Counted from the first letter of the stretch, positions 1 to 13,342 are shown. The stretch: DNA of 64,000 bases from Octopus bimaculoides (GCF_001194135.2 NC_068981.1:60586879-60650878); one strand, 5' to 3'. Notes: a model not told the origin generated them from the sequence alone. Translations and numbers: made by a program.

Positions 1-62
<62 letters not shown>
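1..62. repeat. (TTA)n microsatellite; 3' tail or target of the adjacent minus-strand RLE element
   Basis: Seen directly: pure tta repeat from the window start. Confidence 0.98.
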
Positions 63-65
<3 letters not shown>

Positions 66-1335
66 TGAGGAAGCTCACTGCTTATTTTTCTGGGTATGAT
101 GGAAAGTGTGAGCTGTCCGGAGGCTGCAGACTAAGGTGACACTTGTTTACTGGTCAAGCTTCAAAACCCCGTGAAGAAGGTCTACAGTTCCAAGCATTAC
201 TGGTTTTTGTAGGTGTTCTACCTTTATATTTCTACCAATCTTTTTGAGCAAAGTAGATGCTGAGTGCTGATATATCCAAATGCACCAATTACTATTGGTT
301 TCATGCTTACTCTCTTTATTGACCACAACCTCCGTATTTCCTATTTCAAATCGTAGTAGTTGTCCAGTTTTTCTTCTTTCTCCTTGATCCTATTGTCGAC
401 AGAACATGCTATATCGATTATCATGCGTGTTCTTTCTTCCTTTTTTGATTCATCAGAACAATGTCCGGTTTCCGATGTCTGGTCAAGTGTTAGCATTGAA
501 TCATTGCATCCCACAATATTTTGCAATCTTCATATTCAGTGACTCATTTTGGGGTTTGCTTACACCACATCTTTACTCTTTACAGGCCGTGATTTCCACA
601 GAGCTCCAAATGGTTCATTCTTGCCACATTGTTGTGTCGTCTTTTGTGATTACATTGTGCCAATTTCAGGCATTCACTAATGATATGCCATACCATTTCA
701 ACCTTCTTACCACACTTTCTGCATTTGTTGCTGTCGGTAGTGTCATCCATTCTTCACTTGACATGGTTATTCCTTAAAGATTGTTCTTGATCTGCGCATA
801 TAAGTGCTTCTGTTCTATCTTTAGATCAATCCTCCTCAATGGAGTCCGAATTCCATTTTAATATCAGTACTAAAACAGTGGACCGTCCATCAAATAACTT
901 ATTTGTACCTCATCCTTGCTGTACAGTTTAAATCGTTCATGAAGACAAGGTGGCTGATTGTTTGAGATTTTCCCTTTAGCTGATATCCCAGGTACAATTT
1001 CCTAAATACCAAGGTCAGAAAGATCATTCATAGAACAAAAAGCAACGGAGATAAGCCTGGAAAATCCCTCTTCTGGTGACTAAGCATTTTCCCGTAGAAT
1101 GTCAACTCAGTTTTCCACCCCACCATACTGCTCTTCAGAAAACAATTTATACTCCTCGCAATTCTAAACAGATCTAAGAAATTGATGAACCCCGAATGTG
1201 GAATCATATTATAAGCTTTGCGATATCAAAATTTGTTCTCCTTCGATTAGTCTTTCTTGCTTGCATTAGCATTTTGTCTATCAATAATTGGTATTTGGTA
1301 CCTCTGCATCTCCTCCTACAACCTATTTGTTCCGT
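63..1335 (-). mobile_element. Decayed R4/Dong-like RLE non-LTR retrotransposon (family B), 5'-truncated, internal deletion near 850
   Basis: Manual minus-strand translation gives RT motifs QIGCRRRCRGTKYQLLIDK, DIAKAYNMIPHS and ISHLVFMND. It also gives the zinc knuckle CRKCGKKVEMVWHIISEC...KRRHNNVAR and the RLE motifs RKPDIVL, IIDIACSVDNRIKEKE and PIVIGAFG. Many stops and frameshifts. Confidence 0.88.
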
Positions 1336-1452
1336 CCGGGTCATCCTTTCGGGGTCGATAAAATAAGTATCAACTGAAGATTGGGGTCGATGTAATCGAC
1401 TTATCCCCACCCTCGAAATTGGTGCCCTTGTGGCAAAATTTGAAGCCAAAAT
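1335..1452 (+). mobile_element. SINE family 1, 3' half, followed by a (TTC)/(TTA)n tail to 1548
   Basis: Shares tcatcctttcggggtcgataaaataagta...ggggtcgatgtaatcgactt with copies at 31614 and 53920. Confidence 0.8.
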
Positions 1453-1480
1453 TCTTCTTCTTCTTCTTTTTCTTCTTCTG

Positions 1481-1549
<69 letters not shown>

Positions 1550-4246
1550 TGTTTATCTGTCACTTTTATGAGTTACTTTCCCAAATATTAAATCATATAT
1601 TCCTCACTATGAGATAATCAATCAAGAACTTTCGTTTAGGTACGTTCTTTCGGATGTCAGAGTCAGAATTACTTATCACTTATTCCGGTAAAATAGAAAC
1701 CCACAAACACACTTTTCATGAAAAAATGATGTACACTAACAAACACCAGAAATAACAATTATCTAGATTATCTTAAACATTACCAAACTTCTATACAATG
1801 TAAAAGCGAAATCTACAAGTTTTTCAGACCATAGCATAATCATATTAACAACGTCCCGTCCCAAAGTACCGGAAGACCGATATCTACACAAAAGAATTCC
1901 AAGTCTGCTTAACACGCATTTCGACTAGACGACTAAAAATCAATTAAGAAAGAGTTCTGTAAACTGAATTAGTGCCAAAGTTTCTCTAAAATTTACATGT
2001 CAATAATGTAAGGTAATATGCATTGACTCTATAACGTCTGCATTATCAATAAGCAGAAAATAAATGTATTGGACTTCTTTCTGCTTATTGAGGAGTAAAG
2101 ATTATGCTTGATGTATATAAAGTCAATTTTTTTCTCTCTCACGCACATATACAATAAAACATATAAAATATTCTAAACGTCAATAATTCTGTAACAACAA
2201 TTTCCATATATTGAAGATTAAAACGGCAGATTCTAAATAAACTAGTATTTTTTATAGTGTGGTAGCAGTTAGAGAACGACTTCGGAACGTAAAATAAATG
2301 CTACGCATATGGTAAAAGGCAAGGAAATGGAAACACTATAAAAATTCCAAGAAACGTATACATATACACATGAACATTTATAAACATTTATGTAAATAAG
2401 TGTTTACATATATTCTTTATGTGTACTTATATTTACATATACGTTGTTTTTCTTTTCAAGCGTGTGTATGTGCGTGCGTGCAGTGTGCTTATATACCTGT
2501 ATTGTGACCACTTGTGATTACGTATTCCTTCTCAATTCTTTTTCAAACCTTGAGACCTTTCTCTTATTTTCTCAACAATCTGAGTGATTCTCCTCCATTC
2601 ATTCATATTTTCATCATTCAGTCTTCCTTTCTTATCTCCTAAATTACTTATCCAACAATTTAGCATTTATATTTCTCTGGCGAAAATCATTTGTGCGGTA
2701 AATTTTATCATTTCTTTCGTCAAACATAACATGCAATCCGCTGATTAAACTCTAGGTACTATAATTAATTCCATCCAACGTAAAGACTTTTCTCATTAGC
2801 GTCAAAATAATTACTGATCGTCGTTATAGCGTGACATGCGTCCTGGAGAGAATGTTAATGTTCAATTAATCATAAGTTCACTGAAATTCCTATATGATGA
2901 TGAACCACAGATTCAAATCATTTAAACACAAAAATAACATAGCTAAACACCGTCAGATGTATTTTCTTCACATTCATAGAATTGAGATATGTTAAAAGAA
3001 TTATTCCTGGACTGTAGTCAACAGAATACAACCCATATATCTTTTATTGTTGTAAAACAACAATTCCATCAAAGTAAGAGTGTGTTGATCTCAGGGAATG
3101 ATTCCTAATAAAAAATATGCAAAATATCACTAATTCTATAGCGTTCACTACTGTGCAGGCCAATAAATGCAGTATATAAATTCTCAAACTGTATACTGCT
3201 ACAGACGGAAGAATCAGCTAGATCGATATAACAGATACATTGGCAAATTACATGATCTGATGGTTTGTTCGTGATACCGTTAGTATTTTGAAAAAAATCT
3301 GAAGCAAACAACTTTGTTTCTTATTTTAGAAGAGGTGAGCTCCTTAAAAATAAAAGTAAAAATAAAAAAATTAAATTATGTTCTATCTTTTTTATGAAGA
3401 AGTAAGCTGAGGTTATAATTAATAACATGCCTATCATTCTGGTATCAGCGGAGTAATACAATGAATTGTTAAAGACGAACTGGTTCCTTATTAGAAGGAC
3501 AAGATTAACACGGCATTTTTTAGGAAAACCTTGGATTTTAGTTTTCAAATACGTAAATGCCATTCTCATGGAAAACGTTTTGAAGCAATTATTGTTCGTA
3601 ATAATTCTCAAATATTAACACTTTCTGTCTCTCTTTCTCACTCGCTCATTATCTCACCCTCCCCTCCTTTTCCACCTTTGTCACTCTTTTTCTCTATCTC
3701 AACACCAAATTAAACTTCCTTCATCATCACATTACGGCAATATCTCTCATCTCCACAAATATAAAGGTAACACGTTCTCGCCTTGAATGATACATTTAAA
3801 CACCTAAATTCGCTTCATAGTTTAAGGCTATCTAACTTCCTCGGACCTGCATATCGCTGCTTCTTATATAACCTCAACATTTCCAAACTTGCAACATAAA
3901 TACATGTAGACCACCTTACAGATTTATTTCAGGTGTAACGACTTGCTAAACACAAGATGAAGTTAGACATAATGTAGTACTACTGGTATGCGGTGCTGCT
4001 AATAAATTCCCCCCCCCCCCAAATTTTTTTAAGACATTATATTGTTAGGTTATAGGGAAGAGTTGATTCTACATTGGGTCAGTAGGCAGGATGTAGATGC
4101 TCGCTTATCAACTTAAAACTGCAGGTTTCAAATGCAGTTTTGGCTGTATCGACCTACTACCAGCAAGTCTACCATAAATTGCACATTTTATATATAAATT
4201 ATTTTCTTGGGGCATTTGGTTGCTTTGCTAGAGCGTTGGAAAAATG

Positions 4247-5321
4247 GGACCTTTTCCTTTTCGTGGGCAGCACGATTAATTAATTTTCTTTAAAATTTCG
4301 TATACTTGTAGAATGTATCATATAGAACATATTTTACTCTTAGCGTTGTTCAAAAAAGTTCTATTTTCGAAGTTATTTCATGTTAAAATTGTATTTCGGT
4401 AATTTCAACCAGTCAATGACGTGTATTCACCTGAATAAAATTACTACTGCTGTTTGTCAACAACAAATATCGGCGGTGTATATTTCGTTTGTCACTGTTA
4501 TTTATGACATCGTTCATGCGTTTGTACTGATTTTAGCTTTAAAAAAACTAACAAAATTTTTCTACTTAGGGTTAGGGTTTTAAGGTTAGGGCTAGGGTTT
4601 TAGGGTTAGGGCTCTAGGGTTAGGGTCAGGGTTTTAATGATAGGGTTAGGGTTTTAGGGTTAGGGTTAAGGTTTTAGCGTTAGGGTTTCAGGGTTAGGTT
4701 TTAGGGTTAGGGTTTGCGTTTTAGGGTTAGGGTTATGGAAAAAGTGAAAAATGAAGAAATTGGAGAGGGGAGGGTAAGGGTGGAGGCAAGAAATTTCAAA
4801 ATTCTGATTCTTGGCAATTTTCCGGAATCTCAGTATGCGGAAAGCTGGGGTTTTAGCAAAAAAAAAAAAAAAATCCCAATAATTTGCGAGAAAATGGGTT
4901 GGAGGAGGAAGTCTTCCCGGAAATAGTAGCTGAAAAAGTAGGAAAAAACCTAAAAGCAGTAGAAATGCACAAAGGATTATGGTGGTGTCATGAAGTAAAC
5001 GTGCTTCAGATACACTCGTTTATTCATAACTGAGATGAAACATGTCATAAATAACAGTGACAAAGGAAATATACACCACCGGAAGTTGTTGTTGAAAAAC
5101 AACAGCAGTAATTTTATTCAGCTGAGTAGACGTCATTGATTGGTTGAAATTACCGAAATACGACAATTTAACACGAAATAGCTTCGTAAATAGAAACTTT
5201 TCTCAACAACGCTAAGAGTAAAAGATGTTCTATATGACATATTCTATCAGTATACGAAGTTTCAAAGTCTTTAGTTAAAGAAAATTAATTAATCGAGTTG
5301 CCCATCAAAAAGAACAGATCC
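4247..5321. mobile_element. Non-autonomous foldback/MITE-like DNA element with about 270-bp terminal inverted repeats
   Basis: 4247-4517 is the imperfect reverse complement of 5035-5321; the core 4471-4517 vs 5035-5081 matches at 43/47 by manual count. Candidate 8-bp TSD gaaaaatg (4239-4246) / gaaaaata (5322-5329). It splits an older SINE-1 copy. Confidence 0.8.
4566..4734 (+). repeat. Degenerate interstitial (TTAGGG)n array with a 14-bp higher-order unit (TTAGGGTTAGGGTT)
   Basis: Seen directly; lies inside the foldback element. Confidence 0.93.
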
Positions 5322-6556
5322 GAAAAATATATCTTGCGTTATTTGTATCATCTGTTCACGCTTTGAGTTCCAAAATGATCGCAGTAAACTTTGCTTTCAT
5401 CGGTGGTGGTCAATAAAGTACCAGCGTAGTAGAAATATTGTTAGTGTCAACAAATCCTTTTCTCCATAACTACTGACCTTGTGAGGAAAATAGTAATAGG
5501 AGTGCATACAGTACACTGTCATATGTCCAGGAAAAAATTGCGCAATTATCATTTAGATTACAACACCCATACATGTATTTATAGATAAAAAGAGAGAAAC
5601 TGAATATCGTACAACAGATTTAAACAAATATGCATTATAATGTGTCTACATCTAGTATGTATGAATTTAAGTATGCATGTATGTGTGCATTATTGCTTCT
5701 AATATAGGCAGAATGTAAGTGATGTTGAGAGAGAAGGTTAATCAATACCATCGACTCAAGCCAAATACATGACTGGTAGCATATCTTTTAATTCATCAGG
5801 TATGAAATGTGACGTTCATCTCTATGCGATTTGAACTCAGAATCTGAGGAGCTAGAAAAATATATTGCAGTGTATTTTATCTATATATTAGCCGCTCATC
5901 TTTCACCAAGGAGGATTTTCTTATTATTCCTTACTAATTTCTGAAAATTTTACTATTCAAAGCGGAAGAAAAACATATTTTATTTAGATTAATAGAAATA
6001 AGAATATTCTGAACAGGTTGAGGTGTATTTTTCTTTCGAAACTATAAAAAGAAAGATACTTTGTGTCCGGTATTGTCATTTTCTTTCTCTACGGAGAATA
6101 TGTAAACAATGGCCGTGAACACACGAATAGATACGCTCTCAAAGCACACAAAATAGCAAATTAGGAAGAAACTCCAGAATCAACCATTTACAATGAAATG
6201 AATAGAATAGATATTTCTCTGTCACAATGACACACTATTAAAATATTGATATAATGAAACGTAACAATAAAATTAACTTCATTATCGATTACAACAACAT
6301 GCAGAAACTTTATCGATGTCTTATTTTCCTAGTGTCGTTAGTAATACAGACATTAGATATAAGTGCATTTGCATAAGGGGGGCAAAGCATGTGACCAAGA
6401 AGGATATTGTTTTCATTAACTACAGAATTGGAAGCATGGAAGAACTCTAAGTCGGTTTTATCTTCTGTATTATAGCTAAAAGAATTATAAAAAACAACAG
6501 ATGATTTATAGTATAACATTACTATAATTAATCGAGGTTAAGCGCATAAAAACAAA

Positions 6557-7255
6557 TATGTATGTCATTGTTCCGTTTTATTTTATGATTTCTTGCCAAT
6601 AGAGAAAGAGCCGGTTTCTAATCTAGATCCACGGTTCCTTCATTGGAATTTCAACATCAACAATAGGGTATCTTTGTTTGTTTGTATGTATGTATGTATG
6701 TATGTACGTACGTACGTATATGTGCAGATTTGTATGTCTTGTTTTATGCATGTATTCTTGTGCATATAGTTGCATGTCTAGACATGCTCATACATATTTA
6801 AATGATGAACTTCTGGAAAGTTTTACAGATTTTTACAATTCCAGTGATGGATTGGATCTGTAGAATTAGGTTTCTCCTTTCTGGTTTGAGAAGCCTAATT
6901 TCTCAAGATTGGTATTTAAGCAGTGTGTTACATATTCCAGCGGCCCAATAATTACAGGTATAAACCTGAATTTGTAATCTGGATACAATAACTAGATTTC
7001 TGAATAGTTCAGCGTAGGCATTCGCTTTTTCACTGATCTTCAGCTTTATATTAACGTCCGCTGAGCAGTTAATTTCTACAGTTTCTCTTCTCTATCCCAA
7101 ATCATTATATCTGGTCTAATGTGATTACATTTTATTAAGGTTTTTACTGGGACATTTCACCAGTACTTCCTTTTATTATAAGTGGCAATGGCTTCTTTCA
7201 AACTGTGGGATCTTATTTCTTTGTCCTCGCGGTTATCATTCCGAGAGATTTCATT
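6557..7255 (-). mobile_element. Decayed RLE non-LTR retrotransposon 3' end (family E) flanked by (CATA)n
   Basis: Minus-strand frames give NHIRPDIMIWDREEK, frameshifted pieces resembling E-x-x-C-x-x-D-V-N-I-K-L-K, then RFIPVIIGPLEYVTHCLNTNLEKLGF and SITGIVKICKTFQKFII. A 3' UTR follows, ending in gacatacata. Confidence 0.8.
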
Positions 7256-7256
7256 G

Positions 7257-7332
7257 TATGTATGTATGTATGTACGTATGTATGTATGTATGTATGTATG
7301 TATGTATGTATGTATGTATGTATGTATGTATG
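7257..7332. repeat. (TATG)n microsatellite
   Basis: Seen directly; abuts the 5' junction of family E. Confidence 0.97.
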
Positions 7333-7756
7333 AAAATTCGTTTACTGATGCAGCCAGTCGTTAGGAATGCCATTCTAGACGCTTTCGTAATCAGCCATCA
7401 CCAGAGGTTTCTAGTATCTGTCGTCTGTTGTAGTTTTACAGTGTTGTAACGTGTCTAGTCCTTAATATTGTCAAACAATGATTTTCTCTGTCTGCCTCTC
7501 TTTCGTCTTCCCTGAAGAATGGATGGAGCACATGGTTTTTGGCGAGACACATAATAGAAGAGCGTTCGTCATTTTATCTTCGCAAAGCGAGGTTCCTCCT
7601 GCAAGTGTATTTCTTAGGTTATATAACTGTGTTCGTTTTGTGCTGTGTACGGGATGTATAGCAGTTTTCTGAAGCACTTGTGCTGGCATGTCTGGATTGT
7701 TAGCTACGGTATAAAAGTTCAAAAGCATAGATGTATGCATGGTTGTGTGTTAAGTT

Positions 7757-7921
7757 AGGCGCAGCCATAGCTGTGTGGTGAGAAGCTTCCTTACTAACCA
7801 CATGGTTCCGGGTTCAGTCCCACTGCGTGGCACCTTGGGCGAGTGTCTTCTACTATAGCCTCGGGCCGACCAGCCATGTGAGTGGATTTGGTAGACGGAA
7901 ATCGAAAGAAGCCCTTCGTGT

Positions 7922-8020
<99 letters not shown>

Positions 8021-8230
8021 ACTAAATATTTGTGTGTCTGTGTTTGCGCCCCCACCATCGTTTGATAACCGATGTTGGTGTGTTTATGTCCACGTAACTT
8101 AGCGGTTCGGGTAAAGAACCGATAAAATAAATACTAGGGTTACAAAGAATAAGTCATTGAGCCGGTTACTTTGACTAAAAGACGGTGCTCCATCATGACC
8201 ACAGTCAAATAACTCAAACATATAAAAGAA
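7757..8230 (+). mobile_element. tRNA-derived SINE family 2, near full length, with an internal (CA)n/(TA)n tract
   Basis: Box A-like TAGCTGTGTGG and box B GGTTCAGTCCC. The body is shared with copies at 8380, 17050, 24205 and 54235. Confidence 0.88.
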
Positions 8231-8379
8231 TGCGTATATATATGTATGTATATATCACAAATTTGGGATTTTACCAATAGAACCGCAACCCTATTTCAGG
8301 ATAAGCTTATTGTATAGAATCCATTTTGAAAGTTATATCCAATAAAATAATATAAGTATTTAAAAAAACTACTATAAAA

Positions 8380-8650
8380 TACTTCCCAACCATGTGGTTC
8401 TGGGTTCAGCTCCACTGCATGGAAACTTAAGCGAGTGTCGTCTACTATAATCTCGGGCCGTCCAAAGCTTTGTGAGTGGTTTTGGTAGACGAAAACTGAA
8501 AGAAGCTCGCAGTATATATGTATATGCATATATATTAATCGCTTGACAACTGATGCTAGTATGTTTATGTACGTTAACTAAGCGGTTCGGCAAAAGAACA
8601 GGATTAAATAAATACAAGGCTTACAAAGAATAAGTTCTAGGGTCGATGTC
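8380..8650 (+). mobile_element. SINE family 2, partial
   Basis: Direct similarity to 7757-8230 (catgtggttctgggttcagctccactgc...agcggttcggcaaaaga). Confidence 0.82.
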
Positions 8651-8946
8651 TCATGAGGATTTACCTGAGATATGTCTCCTACTTACCTTTATTGGTATAT
8701 AATTGTTGAGCATCTGTAACCAAATTCTGTCAGGATTTTTTAGTCTCTTTTCTTATATCTCGGTGTGTACTAAAAGCTTCTTTAAATGTAGTTTCATATA
8801 TGTAAATTTGTACGCTAATGTCGTCGACTGCTTTGAGATTAGCGATGAAGTAAAAATATATACTTTTCATTCGTCAGTCCAGTCAAATGTAAGGTGTTAG
8901 AGTTCATTGATATGTACACACACGCACATACACACACACAAATATG

Positions 8947-8981
<35 letters not shown>

Positions 8982-9040
8982 ATATGAGTCTAGGTGTATG
9001 AGCGCATGTGTGTATTGTGTGTGTATGGGGGGGTGTACTT

Positions 9041-9258
9041 AAAGATGCGAGCTGGCAGAATCGATACCGTGCCACGAAACACGCTTCGCGCGAATTCGTC
9101 TGCTTATCCTTTCTGAGTCCAAAGCCGCTGGTGTCCTATCATGTACCTATCATCATTTCGGAATGGATGAAATACGTACTAGTGGAACACTTGAGTCGAT
9201 GTAATCAACTTCTCCTCTCCTCGAAATTGCTCGTCTTGTGTCAATATTTGGAGCCAGT
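9041..9258 (+). mobile_element. SINE family 1, diverged
   Basis: Head gagctggcagaatcg and gtcgatgtaatcaactt shared with the 31614 copy. Confidence 0.72.
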
Positions 9259-11729
9259 CAGTCAAACAGCCCATCCATCCAACCATCCATCCATCCATCC
9301 ATCCATCCATCTTTCCATCCATCCATCCATTCAACCCCCCATACCAACATACATATGTGTGTGTGCGTGTGTGTGTGACCATGTTGTTTTCACGTTCTGC
9401 ATCGAATCCAGCTGGAAATCGTGGTGCAAAGGTAGTCTCATTCATTTGAATTTGGAGTCAGACATCGAACCTTGTGAATAATCTAAGTTAATGCCGATGC
9501 TTTTCAACACTCGATTTGGATATTTAGAGAATATGCACGATCATCCTTACCGTATAAAGTGATTGAGTCGATTAACTACTGAAATAGTAGTCACGCTGAA
9601 ATATCAAGTATCTAACGAGTGCGCATGAGCAGGGGACAAACTGGCGTTAGTTACATATTAGGGTTCTTGACATTGATTGCCGACAAAAAGCGAACGAACT
9701 TTTTAACCACCCAATTAATTTCATGGAAATGGCCCGGAGGAAGTTATAAAATGTCGCACAGACATCATCTTTGGCAGCACGCTTACTTATATCAGAAATA
9801 ACCCCAAGCGATTAAAAGTCATTATGTAACTCTTGTTTTTTGTCATGCGGTAATTAATTGATAACGGATGATATATATATATATATATATATATATAGAT
9901 AATTCTGTTTGTTACGATGTGTGTTTGAGTGTTAATCAATAACACTAAGTAAATGAAAACAGTTGTTTATTCTTTTAATTTCATTCCATAATTAGTGTAG
10001 GATAAAATCGATGACATAATCGAAACATTGAACATAATATAAAAGTGTTATGATCTATAAAGTTATGTTATCAAAATAGAAACAGGAACATTTTATATGG
10101 TGAAATTCTCATGGGTGACATTAAACCGTCGCTTTTCGATGGTTATTGTGAGAGAATATATATTTGCATCAGTTTTATAACCTTTTTTGATTTATTCGTG
10201 TTGGAAAAAAGAAATGTATACTTCAGCATGAATTACTGCTCGATAAATATAGGTTGATAACTCATTGAATTTTAGTACGTGTATTATTCAAATATATTTG
10301 CAGTAAATAATGAATCACTTATGAGCTATTGACAGTTCAGCTATTTGCTATATTCGCTGGAAAATATGTTCGAAGTGATCTTAATGATACGGAGAGATGA
10401 AAATCTCTCTCTTACAGGACTCTTAGAAAAATATGACCATGGAAACTAATAACAAGTTTAATGGTATAAACCTGAGATTCGTTTTGATAATTTTAAAGTT
10501 CATAAAAGTGGTATTAAATCTCAAAGAATATTATGGTCATGAATAGCATCATTTCTGTGTAGAAGGAATGGAAATAAATAATATTTAAGTAATGTTTATT
10601 GTTGGGTGGAAGAATTACACCGAAGATTTTATAATACTCTGCGCGATGTTCACTACAATGAGAATTGAATATTAATTGTTTATACAACCAGCTGTATAGA
10701 TAATGCATTCTATTATTATTTTCATAGAATCTACTACAGGAATTCTGTATAGGAAATTGAAAATACATTTATAATACCTGCCTCCTTAATAGATGCATGC
10801 GAACGTACCAAACTTGCAAACTTACCGTACCACGAAACACGCTTAGAGCGATTTCGTCTAACTTTCCTTTCTGAGTTAAAAGCCGCTCGAAATTGCATTC
10901 GAAATTGCTTTTCTGTTAAGAAATGAATTTTCATAGATCCAACCAGAGGTACAGCAGGAAATAAGAACTAGACATTAGGCGTTGTACTATTGAAATTGTA
11001 AACACACTTAGAACAAACTTTCCCTAACTAGCTAGTTGGTAATATGTACCATATGTGTTGAAATTCTCTGATTATACTGTCTATCATGTTCGATTCCAAA
11101 TCTTCGAGCGTACGATCAGCTGTAGATATGTACACAGGCAGTAAATAGTATTTAAACTCTGAGTTCATTTTTCACTAGTGCATCTCGGTTCATAAACCTT
11201 TCTCTGTATACCTGATATACTAGATGGTGGAGATTTTAATAGAGACGAATACATACGGTTCAACAACCGGCTTCCTTAAACATCAAGAATGGTAACAATT
11301 TGAAAGTGACAGCTATTCATGAAATGGAAGTCCAGATGCTCAGAAATGTAAAATCATCCAAACGTTATGCACTCTGACAACACACAACATGGAAAGCTCA
11401 CTTAAAGAAACGCCATGCTACAAAACAACAAAAATATCACTATAATACATCTTCTGATATTTATGGTCCTGCATCAAATATCAACATTAAAACATTATAT
11501 CCATACATAAAATATAAGCACATTACAGTAATGAAATACAAAAATGTAGATACATTATAATATTGAAGACAAATATCAGAGTTATGAAAAGAGAAAACTT
11601 CATCATGCATGAGATCGATGTTATTATTATTCAAGAAACGATATTAAAAACCCAACATGGTAAATGCATATACTATTCTGCGAGATGGCACAACCCTGAA
11701 TTCTAGTAACACTTACGAAATCGGCCATG

Positions 11730-11975
11730 ATCAAGTACAAGGAAACCCATACATCCGCAACTTAAACATTGCAGAAACAACAGTTAATGCGTCTAAGTTG
11801 TAAACTTGAAAATTCAACGTGGGAAGGCTGGTTTCCCTGGTTCAAATTTAGAAATTGAATTTCTATAATTTTGAATTTCTACGTATCGCTTTTTATTTCG
11901 AACTCTACAAAACTAATATATGATAACACTTTCAATTAGATAGGATCAGAACCCACGAGAGCCACTGTATCATGG

Positions 11976-12046
<71 letters not shown>

Positions 12047-13129
12047 GTCAGAGAACAGTGCCTGCCATCATATTGACACTGGGGAAAATATACGAGGCCT
12101 AGTATATCCATCATGACCATATGTGCGCGACATAGTGATCTCATATCAAGATAAACAGCGCATGACCATGCAGGTATGGCCCAGTTAGAATTATCAAGTA
12201 CAAGGAAACCCATACATCCGCAACTTAAACATTGCAGAAACAACAGTTAATGCGTCTAAGAATTATATACAACACATCTATCAATTTGAAAGCAATAAAA
12301 ACAAGAAAGCAAAATGGTGCAGAAATTTCAAAACACAAGTACGCACTTGATGTGGTCAATACAAAGAAACTAGTTGTTTACTCATATATAATCTATCATG
12401 GCTTATGCATGTCTTCAATCTGTTTTAATCTTACAACGTCTATGAGGTGTCTATGAAAAAAATAGCAATCAAATCATTCTAAAATTATCGTACCATCTTA
12501 AGGAAGGCCATATATATTCTTGGATTGAGTATTGCAGACAAAGAGATAAAATAAGCATAGATTGATTGTTTTGATCGTGAAGTTCATCGTTCAATACCAG
12601 ATTTGGTTTAAACAACAAAAAGCATAAATATACACAACTTGATTTATGTCGGTCGTACAAAAGAACAACTAAACAAAAGATTCAATAGGCACACATATAA
12701 CGTCACGCACGATAACACTAGTTCGACAGAGCTTGCCGAGCATTTTACACCAAACGTGCATATTCTCAGAAATTAATCCGAATCTGTTACTCCTCAAAAT
12801 ACACGAGGAGAAATATGTTTGTGAGTTATGAACAAAATGACAGTGGAATTTCATCGTATTTACACAAAACCGTTTGATTAAATATTTTTCTTCCTTTTCC
12901 TTTACTTCTTTTCTTTTTTTCCTCCTTTTTCTTTCTTTTTCTTTTGGCCAGTTGTAAACTTGAAAATACAACGTCGGAAGGCTGGTTTCCCTGGTTCAAA
13001 TTTAGAATTTGAATTTCTATAATTTTGAATTTCTACGTATCACTTTTTATTTCGAACTCTACAAAACTAATATATGATAACACTTTCAATTAGTTAGGAT
13101 CAGAACTCACGAGAGCCACTGTATCATGG

Positions 13130-13194
<65 letters not shown>

Positions 13195-13342
13195 GTCAGA
13201 GAACAGTGCCTGCCATCATATTGACACTGGGGAAAATATACGAGGCCTAGTATATCCATCATGACCATATGTGCGCGACATAGTGATCTCATATCAAGAT
13301 AAACAGCGCATGACCTTGCAGGTATGGCCCAGTTAGAATTAT
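11730..13342 (+). repeat. Local A-B-A-C-B duplication
   Basis: 68-bp identical direct repeat at 11730-11797 and 12193-12260. The insert 11798-12192 matches 12952-13340 with 7 substitutions and (ATT)23 vs (ATT)21. Confidence 0.95.
12600..12885 (+). mobile_element. Penelope-like element GIY-YIG endonuclease remnant
   Basis: 12642-12773 reads IYVGRTKEQLNKRFNRHTYNVTHDNTSSTELAEHF, matching the PLE pattern YVGxT...LxxRFxxH...AxHF. A frameshifted PFGLN-like end lies near 12870-12883. Confidence 0.65.

Noticed and set aside
4566-4734. True telomere or chromosome end
   Set aside because: The array is short, degenerate, internal and enclosed by inverted repeats.
7470-7740. Possible further RLE C-terminus (VLQKTAI)
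   Set aside because: Only one short motif matches, which is too weak to call.
7757-7840. tRNA gene
   Set aside because: It has A/B boxes but no convincing cloverleaf, and it continues into a SINE body repeated elsewhere in the window.
9620-9780. Promoter-like cluster (TGCGCATG, GGAAG, TATAAAA at 9745)
   Set aside because: The motifs are short and expected by chance, Inr spacing is off, and no downstream gene is visible.
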